Part shown: piece after piece, positions 46,973 to 58,575 of the stretch
How the letters are laid out: each line of letters opens with the position of its first letter
How positions within the stretch are numbered: the first letter of the stretch is position 1
Origin: Pelomyxa schiedti
Taxonomy: Eukaryota > Protista > Evosea
Direction: 5' to 3'
DNA length: 64,000 bases
Assembly (NCBI GenBank): GCA_020536535.1
Contig: JAHLWZ010000508.1
Location: 1 to 64,000, forward strand
The notes under the pieces: generated by a model
Seen by the model: the letters and a program-made list of their open reading frames with translations, nothing else
What the model was told of the DNA's origin: nothing
Databases searched by the model: none
Translations under genes and position numbers: made by a program

Positions 46973-49046
46973 CTAGTAGAACGAGGCACCCCTCCTGTTG
47001 GACGACAGGGGAACCACGAAAGACTGGGCCAGGTCCGGTGCGGCATTACTATCGGCTGCTACCGGGTTGTCCGTCAACATGGCTGATTGTTGTGTCTTGT
47101 CGGTAAAGTCCGGCTTGGGCTGTATGTATGTATTGTTGTAAGAACACATGGGAGTACTGTGGGTGGCGTGTGGGTAGACGTTACCGGTTTGCTGGGTCTT
47201 CTCTGCAGATTCGCGGGAATGGCTATGGGAAGTGAGGAACCATAAACATGCTCTGGGACTTGATTTTGCCCCTGCCGACGGGCCATTTCTTTGGCTCTTC
47301 TGGCCTTCTCAACTGCCTAAAAAACACAGTAAGTGCTGAGGTCTAAGGAAAAGTTGCGCACTGGGTCTGGCGGTGGTAGAGTGGCCGCTAAAGCCCGTCT
47401 AGCTTCTTCTCTTTTCCGCAAATCTTCATCCAACTCAAAGACACTGTTGGTCTCTGGTGAATGTAAGCAACATGATGCGGTTCCGTTAAATTAATTGTTT
47501 ATACCTGATGGTGATGCGGCGGAAGTATCAGCGGCTATGCGATGTTGTGCAGGAGGAGAGGTTAAAGGCGGCGATGTTGTTGATGTGGGGACAACTGGAG
47601 TGGCTACTGCTGACTTTGGATGTGTTAGAATGAAGGTATACAAAGGGGTTGAGAATCAACTTGTAATGCATGTTTGGAAAGTGTTTCAAGTTGGCTAATA
47701 AGACTTTGCATGTCTTTGTCTGCAACCATTTTTGTTCTCTCCAATAACTCAAGTTGATCGCGTTTATAAGCCCTGTTGTAACAGTACATTAAATCAAGAA
47801 GTTATTAGGTCATCGAGACCTTATTTTCTGCTTCACTATAGCTCTTTCTTCTTCAATGTAGTCCTCAAGGCGTTTGTTCAATTTTTCATGGAGATCCTTC
47901 ATTGTCAGTGACGGGGCAATGGGGTTAAGACTTGTGAATATTGAAGGTTCCTCTAAAGTGTGTCAAAAGTACACCAAAAATTTAGAAGGAATTACGCACT
48001 TGGGATGTTAGTGTACCCCGAGAGGTCGTTTACCAGTAACTTGAATGCATTTGAGAAATGCTTGCCGTCTGGTACAGAGGACTTTCCTTTCTACGAAACG
48101 TCAAAGTCAAATTAAACAAAAAAGACTTACACACCAACATTGCGGAAGTGTTGACAATCACAAGCGAGTCTGCTTTTGGGATTGAAGAGCGAGGAGTGGG
48201 TGGGTGGGGTGATGTTAGCAGCACCGGGTGAACAGCTGGCACTTGTGTGGCATATGAACCCCACCCAGCGGAGGAACCACTGATGACCCCTTGGCACACA
48301 ACACAGTGATGGATTCTCCAACCTTGCACGACTTTACTGTAAACGAGTGACTCTTGTTGCTGTTTGTTGTTTTTTTTTCATATCTGTTACTTCTTATTAT
48401 TCTTTGTTTGTTGTCAAGACAGTAAGCTTGGTTCACATACCGTAGTAGAAGATGCCAGAGCGAAAACGGTAGGCTCTTTCCAGCCAAGGATACTTATCAT
48501 TTTACTGACATCAGCCACATCCGCAGTAGCAGTAGCGCTAGCAGTTGCAGCTGACGGTTTAGCCACGTCACCAATCGCCGTTGACGACGTAGAAGCCGGC
48601 GCGGCACTCACATTTGGTTGTTGTGGTTGTGGTTGTGATGGTAGTGGTTGTATTTGTAATGGTGTTGTTGTTGTTGCTGTTGCTGTTGATGAAGATGTGG
48701 AGTTGCTGCTGCTACTAGTACTACTAGTCGCTGGCCTCACGAAAATTGATACATTTCGGCACGAGCACGTGAACATCACCTTGTCGTCGCTTTGTGTCGA
48801 CGAAGCAGGCGACGACGACGACGAGGACGACGTTGCGGGGGGTTGCGTCGCTTCGGCCGCCAACGTGGGCGTCGTCGGGGCCGGCGTCGTCGGCGCCGAC
48901 GTGAAAGATGGTATCGAGGGCGAAGGCGGTGGCGGTGGCGGCGGTAGCGCGGCTGTAGTTGTCGGAGGTTGTTGTTGTTGTTGTTGCTGATCGGATCTCG
49001 CGTCGCTCGGCCGCCGCGCGCCGCTGTCGCTGCCAGTGCTCATCAT
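46973..49046 (-). CDS. PRAS40/AKT1S1 (Lobe)-like protein, candidate TORC1 regulator
   Basis: N-terminal FTCSCRNVSI and WRIHHCVVC; coiled coil KLNKRLEDYIEEERAIVKQKI; TOS-like SVFELDED; VYGSSLPIAIP (cf. PRAS40 YAKSLPVSVP); C-terminal PDLAQSF. Confidence 0.55.
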
Positions 49047-49197
49047 CAAAGGGGGAAAAAGAAAGGTGTAATCAAGGAATAACGTTCTGTTTTTCGGTAC
49101 GTTACGCGACGGGTGATGGTTGTGTTGTGGTTTGTTTGGGGGGAGATCTCAGAGACTGGGGAGACTAGACAGGATTTAGTCTAGTGGTGGTAGCCAC

Positions 49198-50360
49198 TCA
49201 CAGCTCCTGCTGTTGGTGCTGAGTTGTTGTGTCTGGTTGTTGTCGTTTGTGTTTGTCTCGTGGTTGGGTATTTGTTGTGTCTTGTTGTTGTTGTGGGGGT
49301 GCGAGATCTTTGAGAGCAATTGGATGGGATGACCACAGGTAGGGGTTGGTGGGATAGAACGCGGTCATGTCGTCGAATAGAACAAGCGCGGGCTTGTGCA
49401 GGGCTATCTGTCTATCCGGGCCCAGCACCGTTTGGGTGAAAATATGCCGCAGTTGCTCCAGTGCCTTCTTGAATTCATCTGTGGCTCCTTTGGGAAGGTT
49501 TTTGTATCTGTAGGCAAGTGTGATGTGGAACCGGTATTCTGCTGGAGTTTAGAGAGATATAAGGGACAGATTGGGTCAATTGAAAGACCTGGATAGTAGT
49601 CCAGTCCTGCTTCTCTGGCAACTTGTTTCCTTAGTTTCTGTATGAGAGAATTTTCGAAATCGCGTGGCTCTAGACTTGTAATTATTAGTGGACTGGATAT
49701 AAGTAAGAGGTAATGTTACCTCACCGCAATTATCATGTTGCCGATTGATACATCCTTATATGTCGGAAGTAATTTGATTCTCCACTCACCGAGAGAATCC
49801 TGTATTTTTTCGAGGCCAGGTTTCAAGGTCATTAAATGATCAGCCATCTTTTTTGGGTTCCCACCAGCCGGCGAGTCATATTGAGTCTGCATTGGGAATA
49901 TCTAGAAATATGTAAGTAAACTAACATCCAATGTTAGACGACACACACGGTCATGTGATAGGAACTGATAGGCAGAGGTGTGTAATATGACCTAATGTGG
50001 GGGTTGTTTTCAATGAAATCGTAGATAGGCTGCCATTTTTCTGGATCCATAATCTATTGAAATGGTCCCAACCGTTGGGCAACTAGTTACTTCCCAGAGT
50101 TTGCGTCATCCCACCCTTGTATTTTAAATATAGCCCACATCACACACTAAAATACATCACATTGGACAACCAACAACAGTGATCCACCTATACAATACAT
50201 GTGATATGAGAGTTATTCCATAAATAGGGACATAGGCCCCTGTGTCGTCCACTTTGTGCCACAAAGTGTCCGCGGAAACTACACCGCCCCATCCCATAAT
50301 CGCCATCACCGTGGCGGCACCCACAATCGCGATGAGCCCAAGTCCGCGGCCCCTCCTCAT
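49198..50360 (-). CDS. Hypothetical multi-exon protein with N-terminal signal peptide
   Basis: MRRGRGLGLIAIVGAATVMAIMGWGGVVSA/DTLW has signal-peptide form. Later exon-like segments include MDPEKWQPIYDFIENNP and DYYPGLSIDPICP. No family recognised. Confidence 0.5.
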
Positions 50361-50434
50361 AGTCGCTACCAAAGCAACGAATTGTGTGTATCTACTATGT
50401 TTCGAAATAAATTTTTCTGGCTGAGGTTTTGTGA

Positions 50435-53400
50435 TTAGGGTCTCAGCTTGCAATAGGTGGTAAAATCACCCCAATAAGCAGTGTACCCAGAGTCCTGGAA
50501 TATGACCCTCCAGTGTCGCCTGTTGTCATTGCTGTCTACCTCTGTCCTTACTGGTACCAGTGTTGTTCCAGCCAGTGTTCTCGTTGTTGGACATCTCTGA
50601 ACAACAGCGAATTGCCAGTGGAAGCTGATTCCAACCTTGAGGCCCAGTGTCACTGTCCACCACCATCCATCGCCATCTATTGTTGTTCTGGTCATAGTGG
50701 CTCCTTTGGAGAAGTCCAGGGCCCCCAGCTCCGGAATATCGCCGCATATGGACAGAACTTGGTCCGCGTGGTGGGTTATGTAGTGGATGTTGAACTGAAG
50801 CAGGGCCGGGATTCTGCCACAGGGGTCGACGAGGTCGAATGTGAGTTTGTATATGTTGGGTCCCTGGCACAGACAGCAGAAGCTGTAGCCGCAGGAGCAG
50901 GAGACAAGGTTGCAGCCACCTACGTCGTATTGGATTGGCCGGTTGCACCTGGGGCAACCCCGCGTGTTGTTGGCAATCCACTGTTGAAATGTTAGAATAT
51001 TGAAACCGGAACATTGAATTGCCATCTACCTGTGCGGATAGAGCGTCTTCTTCCAAAACTCTTTTCTGTTTCTTTGCTTCTGGCTCGTGCACAAATAGCT
51101 TCTTGGAAATGTCCTCACACCTGCTCAGATATTACTTTCTGAGACATATATACAGTTGGGAAAAAAGTAAAAATACACACCGGGAACCCGGGTGATACTG
51201 GAGGGAGCACCTCGCACAAAAGTGAAATCCACACTCCCCACATATTGCCTCATCGCAGACAACAAGACCTCCATAACTACATCTGGGGCACCGAACGAAA
51301 TCCGACATAATGCTTAACGTTTCCTGGAGCAGTCTTTCTTCAAAAGCGGCTTTGTTCCGAACGGAAGCCCTGAATGAGATTAATGGGAGTAATAATGTGG
51401 AAATACTGACAATATATCGTAATAAGAGGCTAAAGAGAGACATCCACGCCTTGGACAGCGGGGATGTGTTGACATGTTGTTTTTGAACCATTGATCCAAG
51501 CAATTCAAACAGAATCTGAGGTGCATTAAAAAGATATGTTAAGGTAATAGAGGTTTCAACGCACGCATGCGAACAACGACTCAAAGAAAGAAGGAGGCCC
51601 TCTTCCAGACAGATCCCACACAACCCCTTTGTTGGAGGTAATGGGGTCGGCTCTGACAGTTCATTGAAAATCTGCACCTGAGACTCTTTTGGATATTGCA
51701 TAAGACACTGGGAGGAACAGTGTGTGCCAAGGGGAAGTGCTTTAATGGGAGGATGGTCTGTAAATAGTATACATGCGGAGTTCATTAGGAACTGTACCAG
51801 CTGGGGATTGGAGTTCTTTATGGCATAGTCAATTGGGGTCATTTCCGGGAGGTCGTCATGTGCCTTGCAGTGGATCCTGCAATCAGCTCCAGATTCAACA
51901 AGCAGTTTGCATATTTCTGGAAAATTTCCAGCAGCTGCAGCATGCAAAGGAGTTTCGCCATATGGTGGGACAACTACTTGCGCTTTCACCCCACGCTTAA
52001 GAAGAGTGAGTACACCTTCAATGCATCCATGTTCACAGAGAAGATAGAGAACACTTGGAGGAATGGCAAGGAAACTCGTGGTGGGTACAAAGCCAGCAGG
52101 AGGTGTACGAAATTGTGAAGGATCGATATCACATAGTGGCGCAGCCCGTGCAAAGCGAGTGAACTGCACAGAATCCAATCCCCCACTGGCAAGACAGAGG
52201 GCCGCATAGTCCAGACAAGAGGGTTTAGTCTTCCACGTCACAGGGTGTGCGGATTCATTGCGCATGCATCCCCAGCGCTCCTTGAAATCTCGTGCACAGA
52301 GTCCTTCCAAGGCATCATCAGTTGTATTGTCAAGAAGCAGGTGAAGCAGGGGAACTGCGGAATGTTTTGTAGGAGCATCACTGAGAGCACGAACCAAAGC
52401 TGGTGAGAGTTGCCGACAGAATGAGAACTGGGAATAGGGAGAGCCCATGCACCTCTTGGGGGCCAGGACAGAGGAAGCCCCGAATCGCAGCAGTAGTTCG
52501 ACTGCCTGAGGGTAATGATCCACTGCCGAAGCAAGTGCCCGGCAGTCGTTTGGATTAACTCCGGAGAGGAGAAGTAGCTCAGCAGGCTCAACTCCCCATT
52601 CCAGAGCGCATAGAAGTAGCGATTTCTTTCCAAAGAGTTTTGGGAGAACTATACCTCGCAGGTCGAGAGGTAGAACTATTGGCTCAGTATCAGCAGGACG
52701 AGTTGTAACTTTAGTGGAGCAGTTCGATAACCCAGGTAGGGTTGTATGGCTCCGGATTTCCCGGTCTGTTTGAGTGACAAGTGCCTTCAATAGGGCGATA
52801 TTTCGGCGCACCAAAGAAGCTTCTAGAGCTACTAATTGGGTGCATCCATTACTTATTGATAAAGCACTGCGGGGCATGCGACCGGAATTTCGAATTTCAT
52901 TCAGAATTCCATCGATGAAGTTCCAGGTCGTATAACGAAAAATCATTGTGATCTGTTCCTGAGGAACAGTTTGGCGTGCAACTTTTGGGTTTTTTATTTG
53001 CCATTCATAAGGCACATCAGCCGGAATAAGAATTGGTGGCTGACGGAGTGGTAGTGGGTCCCCATAATCGTCCGATATTTCTTTCACATCCAGTAATTTA
53101 TAAGGTGATAACATACTTGGTATGGTCAGCAAACATGAAAGGGAAAAGAAACAGACACCTTTTATCAGGTACGGCGTGAAAGAGCCTTCCTAAATCGGAC
53201 ACAACCAAAGTACCATTTGTGTAACACTGTATCCCTAATTCTAGGCATGACACAGGGCACACCCAGCGAGAAACGTTATCTAATTGCATAAAGCGCTGCA
53301 GGTCCTTCATGCTTGTGCGGGAAATAATCCACTTTAAAATAAGAGTAACCTGAGTGTGAGACTGCGCAGAAGGCAGCGAATCCGCGGCAATCTTCAATGC

Positions 53401-54090
53401 CCTGTGCAAGGCAGGCGATTTGTTTTCCAAAGCTGGGCACTCATTGACAGTACTCGCACCAGCATGCAACAGAGATAGCACGGAATCAGTGTCAGTCCCA
53501 TCCACAGCCAGTGCCAAAGCGCACCCATCATCCGGGTCCGCTCCTGCCTGCAACAACAACTCCAAAGCCCTGTTGCACCACATCATAGCAGCAACAACAG
53601 GTCTCTGTCCCCTGCCTACATCCGGCATATTAATTCCCCTCAGGCTCACAGGCAGGCTCACACCCACAACGCCGGTCGGCCCCCGAACCGGCACATCAAC
53701 CGCAACCGCCCAGGCGGCCGATGCGTTCGAACGGGAATTCCCCACATTTTCCCCACTCCCATTAGCCGAACCGCCCTCGGTGCGCGTGGCCAGCATGGCC
53801 TCGAGGCACCTCGTGGCCCGCTTCTCGAGGCTGAGGGTCACGCAGGCCCACAGGGGGCTCCCGCGCCACCGGGAGTAGCGCTCCGAGTACGCGTCCACCT
53901 CCCAGTCCCAGTCCCAGTCCACGCACGAATTGTGGGTGCAGTCCGAGGCGGCGGGCGGCGCGACGCCGGGCAGGTTGGCGGGGTCCCACGAGGGGTCGCA
54001 GCCGAGGGACCGAGCCACCGTGTGCACGAGGCCCCTGTGGTCGTCCGCCGACACGAGCCCCACGAGGCGCCGCAACGTGCGCGGCCGCAT
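50435..54090 (-). CDS. Ankyrin-repeat RBR (RING-IBR-RING) E3 ubiquitin ligase with C-terminal CBM20-like domain
   Basis: Ankyrin: GETPLHAAAAGNFPEICKLLVESGAD. RING1: CGICLE...CSH. IBR: CPRCSYGG...CGECGFHFCARCSLQYHPGSRC. RING2: CPRCNRPIQYDVGGCNLVSCSCGYSFCCLC. CBM20-like: FNIHYITHHADQVLSICGDIPELGALDFSKGATM...WWWTVTL...FHWQFAV. Confidence 0.85.
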
Positions 54091-54284
54091 TGCTCCGAGA
54101 AAAAAAACAAATAGTCGGTTCGGACTTCGGAAGGGAATTGGGCGAATTGGAGTGGGAACCAATTGGCGGTGGAGTGGAAATGTGGTGCCACCAACAAAAA
54201 CGAAATTGATTTGCCTGCTCGTTCAACTGTTGTTTGATGGGCTGAAGATTGATCATTTTATCAAAACAAACAACGACGGTACAC

Positions 54285-56715
54285 ATGTCTGCAACGACTG
54301 CGTCGGGAACAAGTGGGAGTGCGGTTGGTGTGGGTGTGACGGGTATAGCGGCGACGGTCAAGATCGTCACTGCTTCCGGGACAAAGCAGGTGACCGTCCA
54401 GGCTGACTCGTCGTGGCTCGGCAGCCAGCTCATCAATGCCGTCGATCCCTTGGGCAAAATCGTGCGCGCCCAACGTCGCTCACATTTCGCGCATTTGATT
54501 TTAGTTTTTGTTGTTGGTATTGGATTTGCTGATGTTTGTCTCACACACAACAGAAACTACTGTGGGGTGGAAAGTTTATCAAGCCAGATGTCACTCTTGG
54601 TGAACAGGCACTCCCACCTGTAGTGAGAATCATCGCTCTGGCGGAAACTTCCCACGTTGTTGCCGCTGCAACCGGCTCTCCCTTGCCCTCGCTTGTGCGG
54701 ACCCCTCCTTCCAATTCTCCAACACAAGCACCAACCGATGCGACTGCTTCTGCTCCCACTCTTACTACGCCGGAAGGTCCCCTGCCCATCGATGTCAAAG
54801 CGCTCGCTTCGGCGGCCTCCAATTTGGTACGAGACACGTTCACTGTGGGAGACAACTAAGGTAATCCCTAGGCTTCTCGAACGGATGGGGGTACGCACCA
54901 TGATGAAGATTACTTCTTCGAAATTGAAGACCAATCTGGTAGACGCGTTCCCTTACCAGATAAGGACCGGCAAGCTTTGATAAAAGGACTAACCCTCCAA
55001 TCCAAAGGTGAGAGTTTTCCCCTTCCTTTTATCTCACTGTCCTTCAGGAGAGAAATTGTTAAGGGAAGGAGATTTTAGTACCTCTCTGCAAGTTTTTCTT
55101 GAAGCTGACGAATCTTTTTCTCAATGGTTTCCATTCCACCAATTAATACGAAGTTTAACCAACATAGTGACGACAAAATACTTTCTGCTGTGGACAATTA
55201 TGCCATACTGTGTTTAGATGTTGCTTGGTGTTACTTGAAACAAAAGTGCGCCGCCTTCATGGGTGATGCAGGGTGGAGGATAAGTAGAGCAGAAACATAC
55301 TTGAGTCAATCTCATGGAGCTGATGGTCATCGCCTTAAAATTCTGCGGGTTTGTCCACTTCACACGTATCCTCAGTTTACATCCCCTAGAATGGAGCTGA
55401 CAATGCTGAGAACGTACTCTATGTCCGCCTTAAAATTCTTAAAGCAGTACTTTCCTACTACACTGGAGGTGTGTGATTTTTTTTGGTTATGTGTGCTTTT
55501 AAGATTCCCTAGACCTCACTAATGCTAAAAAATTTATTGTCGAGGCCGGTGACAAGCTCCAAGGTATGATTTCTTTTTCATTTCTTTTCCTTACAACAAA
55601 AGCGCTCAGTGTTGACGATCTCGACCTTGCACAAGTAATGTCCATGGGTTTCACGGACAATGAATCCCGTCACGCATTACGCTCGTTCCCGCCAAAAGAA
55701 GTAAAGCTCCTTGATCATAACACAAGAGCACTAAAAAACAACAGTTTGGGATTCAGAGGGCAATTGACTTTCTTATTCAAGCTCGTGAAGAGAAACTTGC
55801 TAAACGCACCGAAGAATTGCTGTACTTTAAGAATTAGAAAAATTCTTTATGAACTCTCTCCAGGAGAGCAGCCGAAGAGCTGAGGAGAAGGACATTTGGC
55901 AGAACTGCAAACGGGTATGTATCTACATTCCTATTCGCTCTTTTCACAGACTTTAGAAATTGGATTGACATGTCTCTGCTGAAAGGTACAATTTAGGGTA
56001 CTATAAATTATTCTAAGGAACATAGAGCTGATGGCAAGCGGGTTCTTGGAGAAATTCGTTGTTGAAGGTAACTGGATTCCGCAAGTAGCTTACCTTAACG
56101 CTTTCACAGCTCTGAGGCAAACCAATAACAACCGAGATGAAGCCGTCAAATTACTCCTCTTGCATGGTGATTTGCTTGAACCGGCACCACCACCCGTTCC
56201 CAAAGAACCCGAACTCTCTGACGACGACAGTGAAAAGATTGCCCACCTCGTGTCTCTGGGATATTCCATCTCGAAGTCCAAAAGTATCTCCCCATTAATT
56301 CCCCAACTTCTCCTAATTCACCCACAGAAGCATTGAAAACATGTAATGGTGACTTGGCACTTGCATCTGACCTCCTCATTGCATCAGCGGCCAACGATCC
56401 CCCAAACTCGGACACAGCCACCTCCGCGGAGATGGGCGATGACGAGGAGGCAGAAGCCGATGCCGATGCCGATCCCGAAGCGGACGCCGGAGCAGAAGCT
56501 CCAGTTAATCTAATCACTCCAGAAGAAGAGCAGAGACGGGTAATCCCTTTCCACACCATTAAACTATCAACTAAACGTTACACAAAACAACTCCACAGGC
56601 GGCAGAGAAGGACCTCGTGCACAACGCTGACACTGACCCCAACTCGTACCTAGGGTGCTCCCTAGACGATGAGCAGTCAGTCTACAACGAGTACTCTGCC
56701 CTCATATTCCAATAG
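54285..56715 (+). CDS. NUB1: NUB1-like protein (UBL domain, NUB1 core, UBA repeats)
   Basis: UBL-like KLLWGGKFIKPDVTLGEQ; core ILSAVDNYAILCLDVAWCYL...AETYLSQSHGADGHRL; UBA-like QVMSMGFTDNESRHALR, ALRQTNNNRDEAVKLL and LVSLGYS...ALKTCNGDLALASDLL. Confidence 0.9.
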
Positions 56716-57062
56716 TACCCCCCCCCCGTCTCACACACAGTCGCACTGTATGCATAACAGACAAAACAATTTCGTTTTTGTATGTTTCTTGAACACGGGA
56801 TTCTAAGGTTTCTCACCCACAATTAAAGCCATCACTTCAAGGAACAAAAACCAAAAGAAACATGGCAACAACAAGCACCACGTCGAGCGCGGCGAGACGC
56901 GTTGAGACCCTCACGTCTCATTTGTTGTCCGGTAACTGCCGCCAAACGAACAAAGCGCGTCCAAAATAAAATGCAAAAACCGGATTATTTAATTGGCACA
57001 CTACTCTTACTCTTTTTTTGTTTTTTGTTGCTTTATGGTGGTTTTTAATATAACAAGGTGGG

Positions 57063-58483
57063 ATGCCAAATGGACCGATTAGGGTTGTTCAAATTGGACT
57101 TGGGCCTATTGGCCAACGTATGGTCAGGTGTGCACTATGAAACTTCTATTAATGAGTTAATACTATGTCCATTTGAGGTTTGCTTATGTATTATCCTTGA
57201 TAGGGATATTGCTGCCCGAAAGAACCTCGTTTTGGTAGCAGCAATTGATGCCAACCCCGCTATATTGGGCCGCAATGTGTATGACCTGTGCAGTGTGACA
57301 GGTTCCACAACAACTGTCACTGTGTCACCACCTTCCGCGATCGGAACTGTTCCGGCTCACGTTGCTGTTGTGACAACTGTATCTGAGCTCGTGAGGCTAT
57401 TCCCTCTTCTCAAACAGTGCATCAAAGCCAAGTTGAACGTTGTATCTACATGGTCCGTTTGTCTATTTCCTTTTGTTTCAATATATACGGAAAGAATACT
57501 TACTATAACTCTACAGTGAGGAGTTATCTTTCCCGTTTCACAGCCACCCTGAGCTGGCACGCCAAATTGATGCTTTGGCAAAGGCCAACAACGTGTCTGT
57601 TTTGGTAAGTTTTTTTGTTATCCTCTTGGTGTTTTATTGACACCAACATAAGGGAACTGGAATCAATCCTGGATTCCTTATGGACGCACTCCCTGTCTTC
57701 ATGTCTACCCTGTGCCGCAGTGTGAGGTCTATCAATGTTCAAAGACACCAAGACTCGAGGATTCGCAGATTGCCTTGTATGTACTAATATTTTCATTACC
57801 GTCTTAATATTACTGTAGTCCAGAAAAAAATTGGGTGCGGTCTTACACTTCCCGAATGGATGAAACTGCGTGATGCAGGAAAGATCAAGCATGTTGGTTT
57901 TGCTCAATCACTGAATCTCATTGCCTCTGCTTTTGGTTGGGAGGTATAATGCATGACTGTTACAGATCAGTAACGCTTTGCAGTTGGATAAAATTGAAGA
58001 CATTGTTGAACCTGTGATTGCTGAAAAAGATGTTTCCAGCCCTCTGCTTAAAGTTCCAGCTGGAACCTGCTGCGGAGTCAGACAATGTAATTTTTAGTTA
58101 TTTATTTCTGTATATTATATAATAGTCTACACAATCCTCCCAGATAATATTGGACACTTCCGCATTGAAATTAACTATCTAAATAGACGGCTATGGCTAC
58201 ATAAAAGGGGAACGCCGCATCGTCCTTGAAATGCACGCATACAATGGACACCCCAATCCCTGTGACACAGTGAATATCACTGGTGATCCTGGTACCAGAA
58301 TTCCCACATATTTTATCAACATTCACTCACATTCGCACAGATGTTACATCCACAATCATTGGAGGAGTTAACGGGGACATCTCCACATGTGCCATTATAT
58401 GTAACACACTGTCCAGTGTTGTTGCATCACACCCAGGCCTCAGGACCATGGTTGATATTTCTCTTCCTCACTGGAACCACTGA
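57063..58483 (+). CDS. Bacterial-type NAD(P)-dependent amine dehydrogenase / 2,4-diaminopentanoate dehydrogenase (DapB-N Rossmann family), multi-exon
   Basis: MPNGPIRVVQIGLGPIGQRMV (GxGxxG), VAAIDANP, NVVSTC-EELSFP...[53 protein letters not shown]. Confidence 0.85.
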
Positions 58484-58575
58484 TTCCCCTCGATACTACC
58501 AAAAACAAAAAAACCTGGTTGAAATAGGTGAAGAAAAATTGTTTTTTTGGCTGCTATTCAGGAAGGGATCAAGAG

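Noticed and set aside
53762-54934. Long minus-strand ORFs upstream of the RBR gene
   Set aside because: They overlap NUB1 exons on the opposite strand and have no recognisable motifs.
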